DNA from: Actinomycetota bacterium | GTDB lineage: Bacteria; Actinomycetota; UBA4738; HRBIN12 | DNA length: 64,000 nucleotides | Reading direction: 5' to 3' | NCBI GenBank assembly: GCA_036374435.1 | Contig: DASUTU010000030.1 | Coordinates: 15,539-79,538 of the forward strand | In this document: positions 27,607 through 38,003 of the stretch, one piece after another | How the letters are laid out: the number at the start of each line of letters is the position of its first letter | Numbering within the stretch: the first letter of the stretch is position 1 | Program-made: the position numbers and the translations under genes | Notes under the pieces: model-generated | Told to the model about the DNA's origin: nothing | The model's input: the letters and a program-made list of their open reading frames with translations, nothing else | Databases searched by the model: none

Positions 27607-28547
27607 AACCGACGACCCGGGACCGGCTCGTGCTCCCGATCCTGCTGCCGGTCGGGATCCTCGTGGCCCTGGCGGCGGCGTTGTGGGGGTTCTCGCGCAT
27701 CCTCCTCGGCATCCACGGGTCGCCGGCCACCGCCGTGGCGCTCGTCGTGGCCGCGGCGATCCTCGTGGTCTCGGCTCTTGCCGCCTCACGGCCCCAGGTG
27801 CGGGGGTCGACGATCGGCGCGGTGATCGGGGGGACCGCGGGGATCGCCATGCTTGCCGGCGGTATCGCGCTCGCGGTCGTGGCTGCCGACGAAGGCGAGC
27901 ACCCGCCCGGACCGCAGGAGCCGGGGGGAGCGGTGCCGCTCGTAGCTCAGGACATCGCGTTCGACCCCACGATGCTGACGGTCCCCGCGGGGCAGCCGTT
28001 CACCATCGCCTTCGACAACCGGGACGCCGGCATCCAGCACAACATGGTGATCTTCGACAACCCGGACTTCTCGGGCCCGCCGCTGTTCGACGGGGAGATC
28101 GTGACCGGGCCGATCCAGGTCGACTACGACGTCGACCCGCTCGAAGCGGGCACCTACTACTTCTACTGCGTGGTGCACCCGAACATGACCGGCCAGATCG
28201 AGGCGGTCGAGGAGCCGGGCGGCGGCGAGGGCCCCGAACCCGGAGGGCCTGGAGCGGGCGAAGGGCCGGTCGTGGCCGCCATGAACCTGGCGTTCGACAC
28301 CGACACGATCGAGCTTCCCGCGGACGCCCCGACCATGATCACGTTCGACAACCAGGAGGCGGTCCCGCACAACATCGCGATCTATTCCGACGACAGCCTC
28401 CGGGAGCTGCTGTTCCAGGGCGACATCGTCACCGGCCCCACGACGATCGAATACGAGATCCCGCCGCTGCCGGCCGGCGAGTACTACTTTCAATGCGACG
28501 TGCACCCGAACATGAACGGCCGGGTGGTCGTCGGGGGTGGTGGCTGA
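27603..28547 (+). CDS. Membrane-anchored tandem (two-domain) cupredoxin / blue copper protein
   Basis: N-terminal TM helix, then two plastocyanin-like ligand sets: H..YYFYCVVHPNM and H..YYFQCDVHPNM. GTGA-coupled to ctaG. Confidence 0.75.
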   Translation: MKPTTRDRLVLPILLPVGILVALAAALWGFSRILLGIHGSPATAVALVVAAAILVVSALAASRPQVRGSTIGAVIGGTAGIAMLAGGIALAVVAADEGEHPPGPQEPGGAVPLVAQDIAFDPTMLTVPAGQPFTIAFDNRDAGIQHNMVIFDNPDFSGPPLFDGEIVTGPIQVDYDVDPLEAGTYYFYCVVHPNMTGQIEAVEEPGGGEGPEPGGPGAGEGPVVAAMNLAFDTDTIELPADAPTMITFDNQEAVPHNIAIYSDDSLRELLFQGDIVTGPTTIEYEIPPLPAGEYYFQCDVHPNMNGRVVVGGGG

Positions 28548-28558
28548 CGGCTCGGTCG

Positions 28559-30388
28559 CTAGGCGAGCCCGCCCGTCGGCACGATCGCGTCGACGGCCAC
28601 CGAGGCGAACAGCAGCCCGAGATAGGCGATCGAGAACCGGAACAGGTGGACCGGCTCGGCCGGGGACGCCTCGCGCCACAGCCGGAGGGCGCGCCACACG
28701 AACCAGCCCCCCAGGACGAGCGCCGTGGCCGCGTAGACCGGGCCCATGTGCCCGACCGGGATCAAGACCAGCGAGGCCGCGAACAGGACCAGCGAGTAGA
28801 GCAGGATTTGGCGGCGGGTCTCCTCGGGGCCGCGGACCACCGGGAGCATCGGGACCCCCGCGGCCGCGTAGTCGCCCTGGTAGCGCATGGCCAGCGCCCA
28901 GAAATGCGGCGGGGTCCACACGAACACGATCGCGAACAGCACCCAAGCCGGCGGCCCCACGGTGCCGGTGACGGCGGCCCACCCGACCAGTGCGGGGACC
29001 GCCCCAGCCGCGCCGCCGATGACGATGTTCTGCACGCTGGTTCGCTTCAGCCACAAGGTGTACACGAAGACGTAGAAGGCGATCGCGGACAGCGCCAGCG
29101 AGGCCGCCAGCATGTTCACGGCGATCGCGAGGAAGAAGAACGAGACCGCGCCGAGCATGTACCCGAAGGCGAGAGCGCGTTCGGGCGCGATGCGGTGCGC
29201 CGGCAGGGGGCGCCGCCTCGTCCGGCGCATCACCTCGTCGATGTCCCGGTCGAGGTAGCAGTTGATGGCGTTCGCGGAGCCGGCAGCCATGGCCCCGCCG
29301 AGCAGCGTCGCGCCCACCAGCCACAGGGAGGGCATCCGACGCTCGGCCAGGACCATCGCCGGGACCGTCGTGATCAGCAGCAGCTCGATGATGCGCGGCT
29401 TGGTGAGCTGGACGTAGGCGGCGGTGGTCTCGCGGAGCGATCCGCGTCTGCCGTTCCCGCCGACGCCGGCGCGATCCGCCCGCATTCGGCCTCGGGCGAG
29501 GGCCCGGCCGAGCGTGGCCACCACCATCAGGACCGCCCAGATCGCGCCGGAGAACGCCACGTGCGCCGTGACGGCGGCCGCGCTCAGCTCGGACCAGACG
29601 TTGGCCGCCCCGACGAGGATCTGCCCCGCGAACAGGACGAGCGCAATCGTCGTCAGGACCACCAGAGCGGGCGAGCGCACCGGAGACGTGCGTGCCCGGA
29701 TCGCGAGCCAGAGCACCAGCACGAGCGCGAGCGCCGCCAACACCCGGTGGACGAACATCAGCGTTGCCGCGCCTCCGAGGGTGGGCACCAGCCGACCGTC
29801 CATCAGCGGCCAGTCCCGAAACGCCAGTCCCGCCCCCTCGGCCCGGACGTACGCCCCCACCACGAGGAGCGCCCCCACCGCGGCGGCGGTCCCCAGGGCG
29901 AGGCGAGCGAGGGCCGGATCCGCTCCTGCCGGCGGCTCGTCGCCACCTCGGTGCGGCTCGAACCGGAAGGTGTTCGCGGCGACCACGGTCACCACGGCGA
30001 CCAGGGCCATGGCGGTCGCGAAGTGCAGCGCCACCACGGTGGCCTCCAGGCCGCCCTCGACGACCACGCCGCCCAGCCCGGCCTGGACGAGGACGACGCC
30101 CACGGCGGCGACGGCCGGGCCGACGATTGCGGGCTGGTGTCGCAGCCGGCGCCAGGCCATCACGGCCTGCAACGCCACGAGCACCACCACGATGCTGGCG
30201 AGCAGGCGGTGCGCGTATTCGATGACCGCGTGGTACTCGAGCGGCGGGATCCATCGCCCGTAGCAGGTGGGCCAGCCCGGGCACCCCAGCCCCGACGCGG
30301 TCGCCCGGACGAGGCCCCCTACCGCCACCAGCAGCAACGTCGAAGCCGTCGTGGTGATCGCGAGCTTCTGGAAGCGGGTCATCGGCAT
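28559..30388 (-). CDS. ctaA-ctaB: Fused heme A synthase (CtaA, N-terminal) and heme O synthase / protoheme IX farnesyltransferase (CtaB, C-terminal)
   Basis: A single uninterrupted ORF. The N-terminal half has GCPGWPTCYG and His pairs (CtaA). The C-terminal half has YVQLTKPRIIELLLITT..DRDIDEVMRRTRRRPLP (UbiA-type CtaB). Start taken at MPMTRFQKL; the listed M is 19 codons upstream. Confidence 0.8.
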   Translation of the reverse strand: MPMTRFQKLAITTTASTLLLVAVGGLVRATASGLGCPGWPTCYGRWIPPLEYHAVIEYAHRLLASIVVVLVALQAVMAWRRLRHQPAIVGPAVAAVGVVLVQAGLGGVVVEGGLEATVVALHFATAMALVAVVTVVAANTFRFEPHRGGDEPPAGADPALARLALGTAAAVGALLVVGAYVRAEGAGLAFRDWPLMDGRLVPTLGGAATLMFVHRVLAALALVLVLWLAIRARTSPVRSPALVVLTTIALVLFAGQILVGAANVWSELSAAAVTAHVAFSGAIWAVLMVVATLGRALARGRMRADRAGVGGNGRRGSLRETTAAYVQLTKPRIIELLLITTVPAMVLAERRMPSLWLVGATLLGGAMAAGSANAINCYLDRDIDEVMRRTRRRPLPAHRIAPERALAFGYMLGAVSFFFLAIAVNMLAASLALSAIAFYVFVYTLWLKRTSVQNIVIGGAAGAVPALVGWAAVTGTVGPPAWVLFAIVFVWTPPHFWALAMRYQGDYAAAGVPMLPVVRGPEETRRQILLYSLVLFAASLVLIPVGHMGPVYAATALVLGGWFVWRALRLWREASPAEPVHLFRFSIAYLGLLFASVAVDAIVPTGGLA

Positions 30389-30405
30389 CGGAGGTCGGCG
30401 CCCGT

Positions 30406-30423
30406 GAACGATAGCAGTCGTTC
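30406..30423. promoter_or_regulatory. Perfect palindrome GAACGA-tagcag-TCGTTC in the ctaAB / polyprenyl-synthase divergent region
   Basis: 18-bp inverted repeat 18 nt upstream of the proposed ctaA-ctaB start and 55 nt upstream of the divergent gene. Confidence 0.35.
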
Positions 30424-30477
30424 CCCCGCGGGCCGATCCCCACACCGGCCGGCGACCCGTCTTGCGATACTCCTCCG

Positions 30478-31371
30478 GTGAGCCGCGACGCGACGCCGAA
30501 CGCCGCCCGACCGCCGGCGGACGCCCGTGACCGACTGGACGCCGAGCTGGAGCGTTTCCTGGGCGAGCGCCGGGCGGAGCTCGCGGCGCTCGATCCCGCG
30601 GCGGTCGCCCTCGTCGACGAGCTTCTGCGGCTGCTGGCGGCGGGCGGCAAACGGCTTCGACCGGCGTTGTGCCTGTGGGCCCATCGTGCGGCCGGTGGGG
30701 CGGAGGGCGGCGGTGCGGTTCGGGCGGCGGCGGCCCTCGAGCTCCTTCACACGTTCGCGCTGATCCACGACGACGTCATGGATGCGTCGAGGACACGCCG
30801 CGGTGTGGCCTCCTCGTGGGCGTGGTTCGCGCAGTCCGCGCCTCCCGGGACGGATGCCGACACCTACGGGAGGTCGGTGGCGATCTTGGTGGGCGACCTC
30901 GCCGCGGTGCTCGCCGAGCAGATGCTCCGCACGTGCGGGGCGTCCCCGGTGGCGCTCGGGCTCGCCATGGACCGGTTCGACCGGATGCGGACGGAGATGG
31001 CGGCGGGCCAGCTCCTCGACGTCCGCGGCGCCGGCGCGGATCGCGTACGCGTGGCGGCCCTGAAGACGAGCTCCTACACGGCAGAAGGCCCGGTGTTGAT
31101 CGCCACGGCCTTGGCCGGGGCCGGCCCGGCGGTGGAGGGTCCGCTCCGCGTCTACGCCGGGCTGGTGGGAGAGGCCTTTCAGCTCCGGGACGACGTCCTG
31201 GACGGCGACGCGGAGCCGGGCGCCGCCGGCCGGGTGAACGAGCTCGTCGATCGCGCCGTGGGCACGTTGTCGGGCGCGCCGCTGGATCCGCATGGGGTCG
31301 CCGGGCTGACCGGGCTCGCCATGTTGCTGCGCCTCGAGCCGCCGGTCGTGCCCGCGGCGGCGGAGGCCTGA
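30478..31371 (+). CDS. Polyprenyl (farnesyl/geranylgeranyl) diphosphate synthase
   Basis: LIHDDVMD (first DDxxD) and QLRDDVLD (second Asp-rich motif). Confidence 0.75.
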   Translation: MSRDATPNAARPPADARDRLDAELERFLGERRAELAALDPAAVALVDELLRLLAAGGKRLRPALCLWAHRAAGGAEGGGAVRAAAALELLHTFALIHDDVMDASRTRRGVASSWAWFAQSAPPGTDADTYGRSVAILVGDLAAVLAEQMLRTCGASPVALGLAMDRFDRMRTEMAAGQLLDVRGAGADRVRVAALKTSSYTAEGPVLIATALAGAGPAVEGPLRVYAGLVGEAFQLRDDVLDGDAEPGAAGRVNELVDRAVGTLSGAPLDPHGVAGLTGLAMLLRLEPPVVPAAAEA

Positions 31372-31811
31372 TGCAGCTCCGGCGGGCCGACGTGGTGGCC
31401 GCCCGCCGGCTGTTCGGCGGGTTGCCGGTGGCGAGCGTCGCCACGATCGGCCAGGACGGGTTCCCCCACGTCGTGCCGCTGTGGTTCGTCTGGCCCGACG
31501 ACGCGATCTACGTCTCGACCAGGCTGGAGAGCCGGACGTGGGGCAACGTCCGGGTGGATCCCCGGGTCGCGCTCACCGTCGACGTCGGCCGGGCCTGGGT
31601 CGAGATCGCCGGGATCGAGGTGCGAGGCCACGCCGAGCCCCTGCCGGCCGAACGCCCCGAGATGCGAGGCGCCATCTCCGCGTGGCACGAGAAGTACCGG
31701 TCGTTGTTGTCGGGGAACGGGTTCCCCCGGTTCGCCGAGGAGGTCCGAGGCCTGGGGTTCCTTCGCGTCGTCCCGGAGCGGATCGCCGCTTGGGACCACG
31801 CCCGGCACTGA
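31371..31811 (+). CDS. Pyridoxamine 5'-phosphate oxidase-family (FMN/F420-binding split-barrel) protein
   Basis: 146 aa; VATIGQDGFPHVVPLWFVW motif. TGATG overlap with the upstream gene. Confidence 0.65.
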   Translation: MQLRRADVVAARRLFGGLPVASVATIGQDGFPHVVPLWFVWPDDAIYVSTRLESRTWGNVRVDPRVALTVDVGRAWVEIAGIEVRGHAEPLPAERPEMRGAISAWHEKYRSLLSGNGFPRFAEEVRGLGFLRVVPERIAAWDHARH

Positions 31812-31855
31812 CCGTCTCGAGGCTTGGGACCACGCCCGGCACTGACCGGCTCGAG
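31788..31855. repeat. 34-bp perfect tandem direct repeat x2 (GCTTGGGACCACGCCCGGCACTGACCG[T/G]CTCGAG)
   Basis: Copy 1 is at 31788-31821 and contains the stop codon of the PPOX-family gene. Copy 2 is at 31822-31855. There is one mismatch. Confidence 0.9.
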
Positions 31856-31885
31856 GCGGCGAGCCGCCGCCCACCCCCCCGGCGG

Positions 31886-31915
31886 TTGAACCTCTCGAGC
31901 GGGGCGGCATAGGGT
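31886..31915 (+). promoter_or_regulatory. Candidate sigma-A promoter (TTGAAC-N18-TAGGGT) for the ggr-nuoA-N operon
   Basis: -35 TTGAAC and -10 TAGGGT; the first Rex operator overlaps the predicted +1. Confidence 0.35.
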
Positions 31916-31933
31916 TTGTGAGGAACTTCACAA
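31916..31933. promoter_or_regulatory. Rex operator 1 upstream of ggr-nuoA-N: TTGTGAGgaacTTCACAA
   Basis: 13 of 14 half-site positions match TTGTGAA-N4-TTCACAA. Confidence 0.65.
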
Positions 31934-31948
31934 GTCGTTTAGCATTGC

Positions 31949-31966
31949 TTGTGAAGGAATTCACAA
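31949..31966. promoter_or_regulatory. Rex operator 2 upstream of ggr-nuoA-N: TTGTGAAggaaTTCACAA (perfect consensus)
   Basis: All 14 half-site positions match. Centre-to-centre spacing to operator 1 is 33 bp. Confidence 0.7.
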
Positions 31967-31968
31967 GC

Positions 31969-33237
31969 GTGGGGGACAAGCCGTTGCCAGGTGGTTCGAA
32001 CACGCACGTCGAAACCGACGTCTTGATCGTCGGGGCGGGGCCCGGCGGCTCGACGGCCGCGTACCACCTGGCGCGCCACGGCGTGGACGTCACCGTCGTC
32101 GAGAAGTCCAGCTTCCCCCGCGAGAAGGTCTGCGGAGACGGGCTCACGCCGCGGGCGATCGTCCAGCTCCGCAAGATGGGGATCGATACCGACGATCCCC
32201 GGTTCGAGCGTCACGAGGGCCTTCGCATCTACTCGCGCAGGACCAGGCTCGAGTTGCCGTGGCCCGCGCTCGAGTCGTTCCCGGGGTTCGGCCTGACCAT
32301 GACCCGGTCGAGCTTCGACGAGCTCCTGGCGCGGAGGGCCGAAAAGGCCGGGGCCGCGCTGCGCGAGCGCGTGGAGGCCCTGGCGCCGATCCGCGACGAC
32401 GGCTGGGTCACGGGGGCGCGGGTCCGGGACCTCGAGCGGGACGTGGAGCTCGACGTTCGAGCGCGATTCGTCATCGCCGCCGACGGGGCGGCCTCGCGGT
32501 TCGCCGGTGCCGTCGGCGTCCGCCGTGATCCGTCCAAGCCGCTCGGCATCGCCGCGCGCCGGTACTACCGGATCGATCGCCATCCCGGTCCGTGGCTCGA
32601 GGTGTGGATGGACCTGTGGGACGGCGAATCGCTCATGCCGGGCTACGGGTGGTTCTTCGCGTTGTCCGACGGCTCCGTCAACCTCGGCGCGGGGCTGCTG
32701 AACACCTTCCGCAACTTCCGCGACGTGTCGGCGCAACAAGTGTTCGATGCGTTCGCCCGGATGCTCCCGCCGGGGTGGGGGGTGGACGAATCGACCGCCG
32801 AGGGTCGGACGCTCTCGGGTCCGCTGCCGATGGGGATGAACCGAGATCGTGTGACCGTGCCGGGGATGTTGCTCGTCGGCGACGCCGCGGGGATGGTCAA
32901 CCCGTTCAACGGTGAGGGCATCGCGTACGCCATGGAGTCCGGCGAGCTCGCCGCCGAGCTGGTCCACGACGCGCTCGTGCTCGACCGTCCGGGGCTCGCC
33001 CACGTGTATCCGACCATCCTGCGCGAGCGGTATGGGCGGTACTTCCGGATCGGGACGAACTTCGTCCGCGCGATCGGCAACCCGACTGTGATGCGGACCC
33101 TCACCGATTACGGCCTGCCACGCGCGTGGCTGATGCGGTTCGCCCTTCGGGTGATGGGCAACCTCACGGACGGATCGGAAGGGGACCTGCAGGACAAGAT
33201 GATGTACGGGCTCGAGCGCCTGGCCCGAGCGCCGTAG
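31969..33237 (+). CDS. FAD-dependent geranylgeranyl reductase family protein (MenJ-like menaquinone/prenyl reductase)
   Basis: DVLIVGAGPGGSTAAYHLA (FAD dinucleotide-binding), CGDGLTPR and GDAAGMVNPFNGEGI. Start placed at the GTG just after the Rex operators. Confidence 0.8.
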   Translation: MGDKPLPGGSNTHVETDVLIVGAGPGGSTAAYHLARHGVDVTVVEKSSFPREKVCGDGLTPRAIVQLRKMGIDTDDPRFERHEGLRIYSRRTRLELPWPALESFPGFGLTMTRSSFDELLARRAEKAGAALRERVEALAPIRDDGWVTGARVRDLERDVELDVRARFVIAADGAASRFAGAVGVRRDPSKPLGIAARRYYRIDRHPGPWLEVWMDLWDGESLMPGYGWFFALSDGSVNLGAGLLNTFRNFRDVSAQQVFDAFARMLPPGWGVDESTAEGRTLSGPLPMGMNRDRVTVPGMLLVGDAAGMVNPFNGEGIAYAMESGELAAELVHDALVLDRPGLAHVYPTILRERYGRYFRIGTNFVRAIGNPTVMRTLTDYGLPRAWLMRFALRVMGNLTDGSEGDLQDKMMYGLERLARAP

Positions 33238-33263
33238 TCCAGGGGGAGAGGAGGACACAGGGC

Positions 33264-33695
33264 GTGGAGCTTTCCGAGTACCTGCCGGTCGTGGTGCTGG
33301 CGGTGCTCTCGCTGGGGTTCGCGGTGCTCTCGTTGGCCGCGTCTTCCCTCCTGCGGCCGCGCCGTCCCACGCCGGCCAAGCTCGCGCCCTACGAGTGCGG
33401 GATCGAGCCGGAGCGGCTGCCCCGGGGCGAACGCTTCAGCGTGAAGTTCTACGTGGTCGCGATGTTGTTCATCATCTTCGACGTCGAGACCATCTTCCTG
33501 TTCGCGTGGGCCATATCGGCCCGGGCCCTCGGCGTCTTCGGTTTGGTCGTGGTCGGAATCTTCATCGTGCTGCTCTTCGTGGTCGAGGGCTACGCCTGGC
33601 TGACGGGCGGCTTGGACTGGGGTGGGCGGGAGCGTCCGGCTCCGCCGGCCGCGCTCGAGCGGGACGAGGACCGGGAGCTCGTCGGTGCCGGTTGA
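33264..33695 (+). CDS. nuoA: NADH-quinone oxidoreductase subunit A
   Basis: [21 protein letters not shown]. Strong SD GGGGGAGAGGAGGA. Confidence 0.85.
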   Translation: MELSEYLPVVVLAVLSLGFAVLSLAASSLLRPRRPTPAKLAPYECGIEPERLPRGERFSVKFYVVAMLFIIFDVETIFLFAWAISARALGVFGLVVVGIFIVLLFVVEGYAWLTGGLDWGGRERPAPPAALERDEDRELVGAG

Positions 33696-34206
33696 GCGGA
33701 TCGAGGGCTTCCAGGCCGGACGCGGACGCGGCGCGTCCGAGGAGGAAGAGCTCAAGCGCGGCATCCTGCTGACGACGCTCGATCGGGCCGTGGGATGGGC
33801 GCGGAAGCAGTCGATGTGGCCGGTCACCTTCGGGTTGGCCTGCTGCGCCATCGAGATGATGGCAACGGGCGCGGGAACGTACGACCTCTCTCGGTGGGGG
33901 ATGGAGCTGTTCCGCGCCTCTCCCCGGCAGTCCGACCTGATGATCGTGGCCGGGCGCGTCAGTCAGAAGATGGGGCCGGTTCTTCGCACCGTCTACGACC
34001 AGATGCCCGAGCCCAAGTGGGTCATCTCGATGGGCGTGTGCGCTTCTGCCGGCGGGATGTTCACCAACTACGCCGTGATCCAGGGTGTCGACACGGTGGT
34101 TCCGGTGGACATCTACGTGCCGGGATGCCCGCCGAAGCCGGAGATGTTGATGTACGGGATCCTCCGGCTGCACGAGAAGGTTCGGACGGAGGGCACCTTC
34201 AAGTGA
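33685..34206 (+). CDS. nuoB: NADH-quinone oxidoreductase subunit B
   Basis: [21 protein letters not shown] (N2 cluster cysteines). Confidence 0.85.
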   Translation: MPVERIEGFQAGRGRGASEEEELKRGILLTTLDRAVGWARKQSMWPVTFGLACCAIEMMATGAGTYDLSRWGMELFRASPRQSDLMIVAGRVSQKMGPVLRTVYDQMPEPKWVISMGVCASAGGMFTNYAVIQGVDTVVPVDIYVPGCPPKPEMLMYGILRLHEKVRTEGTFK

Positions 34207-34700
34207 GGCCCGGCGAGCTGGCCGAGCGGATGCGGGCCCACACGCCCGACGTGGTAGTGGCGCGGGACGAGGTGACCGCGATCCTCGACCGGAGCGAGCT
34301 CGTCGGGACGCTGTCGGCCCTCCGGGCGGATCCCGAGCTGGCGTTCGATTTCCTGGCGAGCGTGACGGCCGCCGACTGGCCCGGACGCCGGCCGCGGTTC
34401 TGGATTGCGTACGACCTCGCCTCGATCGAGCACCGTCACCGGGTTCGAGTGAAGGTGGGCGTGGAGGGCGAGGACGCGCGCGTTCCGTCCGTCGTCTCGT
34501 TGTTCCCCACCGCGGACTGGCACGAACGCGAGACCTACGACTTCTACGGCATCGAGTTCGAGGGGCACCCCGACCTGCGCCGGATCCTGATGCCGGAGGA
34601 CTGGGAGGGCTGGCCTCTCCGCAAGGACGAGGAGCTCGGCGGCGTCGACACGCGCTACAAGGGCGCCTTCATCCCGCCCGTCGACCGGAGGGTCACGTGA
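34203..34700 (+). CDS. nuoC: NADH-quinone oxidoreductase subunit C
   Basis: [29 protein letters not shown] overlap with nuoB. Confidence 0.85.
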   Translation: MRPGELAERMRAHTPDVVVARDEVTAILDRSELVGTLSALRADPELAFDFLASVTAADWPGRRPRFWIAYDLASIEHRHRVRVKVGVEGEDARVPSVVSLFPTADWHERETYDFYGIEFEGHPDLRRILMPEDWEGWPLRKDEELGGVDTRYKGAFIPPVDRRVT

Positions 34701-35998
34701 GCTCGTCGGGGCCCGCGTTCGATCCCGACCTTCGGGAGGTGGAGGCCTTCACCGAGGACGCCGGGTCCGTCGGCGAGCTCCGGCAGGAGACCATGGTGAT
34801 CAACATGGGGCCCCAGCACCCGGGAACCCATGGCGTCCTCCGGCTGCTCCTGGAGCTCGACGGCGAGACCGTCGTGTCCTGCCGTCCCATCATCGGATAC
34901 CTGCACACGGGGATCGAGAAGAACACGGAATACCGCACGTGGCAGCAGGGAGTCACGTTCGTCACTCGCGCCGACTACCTCTCCCCGTTCTTCAACGAGA
35001 CCGCGTATTGCCTGGCCGCCGAACGCCTCCTTGGCATCGAGGCGCCCCCGCGCGCCCAGGTGCTCCGGGTCCTGTTCATGGAGATGAACCGGATCGCCTC
35101 GCACCTCGTGTGGCTGGCCACCACCGGGCTGGAGCTCGGCGCCGTGAGCGTCATGCTGTACGGGTTCCGCGAGCGCGAGATGGTGCTCGACCTCTTCGAG
35201 GCCGCCACCGGTCTGCGCATGAACCACGCGTACGTGCGGATCGGCGGCGTCGTGATGGACCTCCCCGCCGACGGCCCGGAGCGCATCCTGGACTGGCTCG
35301 AGGTGATGCCCAGTCGCATCGACGACTACGTGACGCTCCTGTCCGCGAACCCGATCTGGATCGAACGAAACGTCGACGTCGGTCTCCTCTCCGCCCAGGA
35401 CGCGCTCGCGTTCGGCGTGACGGGTCCGTCACTGCGGGCGGCGGGGACCGCGAGGGACCTCCGCCGTGACGAGCCCTACTGCGGCTACGAGACCTACGAG
35501 TTCGACGTCCCCGTGCTCGACGGAGGCGATTGTTACGCGCGCTACGCCGTCCGAATCCAGGAGATGCGCGAGTCTCTGCGGATCGTTCGGCAATGCCTGG
35601 AGCGGCTCGAGGAGCCGGGGCCGGTCATGGTCGAGGACCCCAAGGTGCGCTGGCCCTCGAAGCTCGAGGTCGGGCCGGACGGGATCGGAAACTCCACCGC
35701 GTACGTCCGCCACATCATGGAGGAGTCGATGGAGGCCCTGATCCATCACTTCAAGATGGTGACCGAAGGCATCTCCGTCCCCGCCGGCGAGGTCTACGTC
35801 GCGGTCGAGTCCCCGCGGGGCGAGCTCGGCTACTACGTCGTGTCCGATGGTGGTCACCGTCCCTACCGGGTGAAGATCCGCGACCCGTCGTTCGTCAACC
35901 TCCAGGCGCTCCCGCACATGGTCGAGGACGGGCTGGTGGCCGACGTGATCGCGGCGATCGCGAGCCTGGATCCCGTCATGGGTGGGGCAGACCGCTGA
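34697..35998 (+). CDS. nuoD: NADH-quinone oxidoreductase subunit D (49 kDa)
   Basis: [18 protein letters not shown]..; 433 aa. Confidence 0.9.
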   Translation: MSSSGPAFDPDLREVEAFTEDAGSVGELRQETMVINMGPQHPGTHGVLRLLLELDGETVVSCRPIIGYLHTGIEKNTEYRTWQQGVTFVTRADYLSPFFNETAYCLAAERLLGIEAPPRAQVLRVLFMEMNRIASHLVWLATTGLELGAVSVMLYGFREREMVLDLFEAATGLRMNHAYVRIGGVVMDLPADGPERILDWLEVMPSRIDDYVTLLSANPIWIERNVDVGLLSAQDALAFGVTGPSLRAAGTARDLRRDEPYCGYETYEFDVPVLDGGDCYARYAVRIQEMRESLRIVRQCLERLEEPGPVMVEDPKVRWPSKLEVGPDGIGNSTAYVRHIMEESMEALIHHFKMVTEGISVPAGEVYVAVESPRGELGYYVVSDGGHRPYRVKIRDPSFVNLQALPHMVEDGLVADVIAAIASLDPVMGGADR

Positions 35999-36650
35999 TG
36001 CGGGTGCTCTCGGACGATCTCCGCTCTCGGGCGGAGGGCATCGTCGAGCGCTACCCCAAGGGGCGGGAACGATCCGCGCTGATGCCGCTGCTGTACCTCG
36101 TGCAGTCCGTGGAGGGACGGGTGACGCGGGAGGGGATGCGCGAGGTGGCCGATCTCCTCGGCCTGACCATGGCGGAGGTCGAGTCGGTGGCGACCTTCTA
36201 CACGATGCTCCGGCTCCGGCCCACCGGCCGGCACCTCATCAGCGTGTGCACGAACCTGTCGTGCGCCCTTCGCGGCGCGAACGGAGTGTACGAGGCGGCC
36301 CACCGGGAGACCGGCATCCCCCACGGCGGCGAGTTGTCCGAGGACGGGTTGTTCTCGGTGCACGAGGAGGAATGTCTCGGTGCGTGCGAGGGGGCGCCGG
36401 TGGTCCAGGTGGACTTCGCCAGCCACCACCGCGTGACCCCCGAACGGATGCGCGAGCTCGTGGAGCGGCTCCGGGCGGGCGAGGTCCCCACCCCGGATCT
36501 CGGCGACGCGCCGGCGGACTTCCGCCACGCCTCGCGCATCCTCGCCGGGATCGACGGCGCCGCCAGGCCGGGCGCCGACGGGCCGGGCGCCGACGACCGG
36601 GGGGACGGGGGGGCCGACGAGCGAGGCCACGAGCGAACGGCGGCCGGGTC

Positions 36651-36654
<4 letters not shown>
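35998..36654 (+). CDS. nuoE: NADH-quinone oxidoreductase subunit E
   Basis: CTNLSCALRGANGV..CLGACEGAP [2Fe-2S] motif. Confidence 0.85.

Positions 36655-37999
<1,345 letters not shown>

Positions 38000-38003
<4 letters not shown>

Noticed and set aside
27786-30650. 954-aa minus-strand ORF and 932-aa plus-strand ORF across the cupredoxin / ctaAB region
   Set aside because: Out-of-frame or antisense to the well-supported cupredoxin and CtaA-CtaB reading frames. The composition is Arg/Gly/Pro-rich with no motifs.
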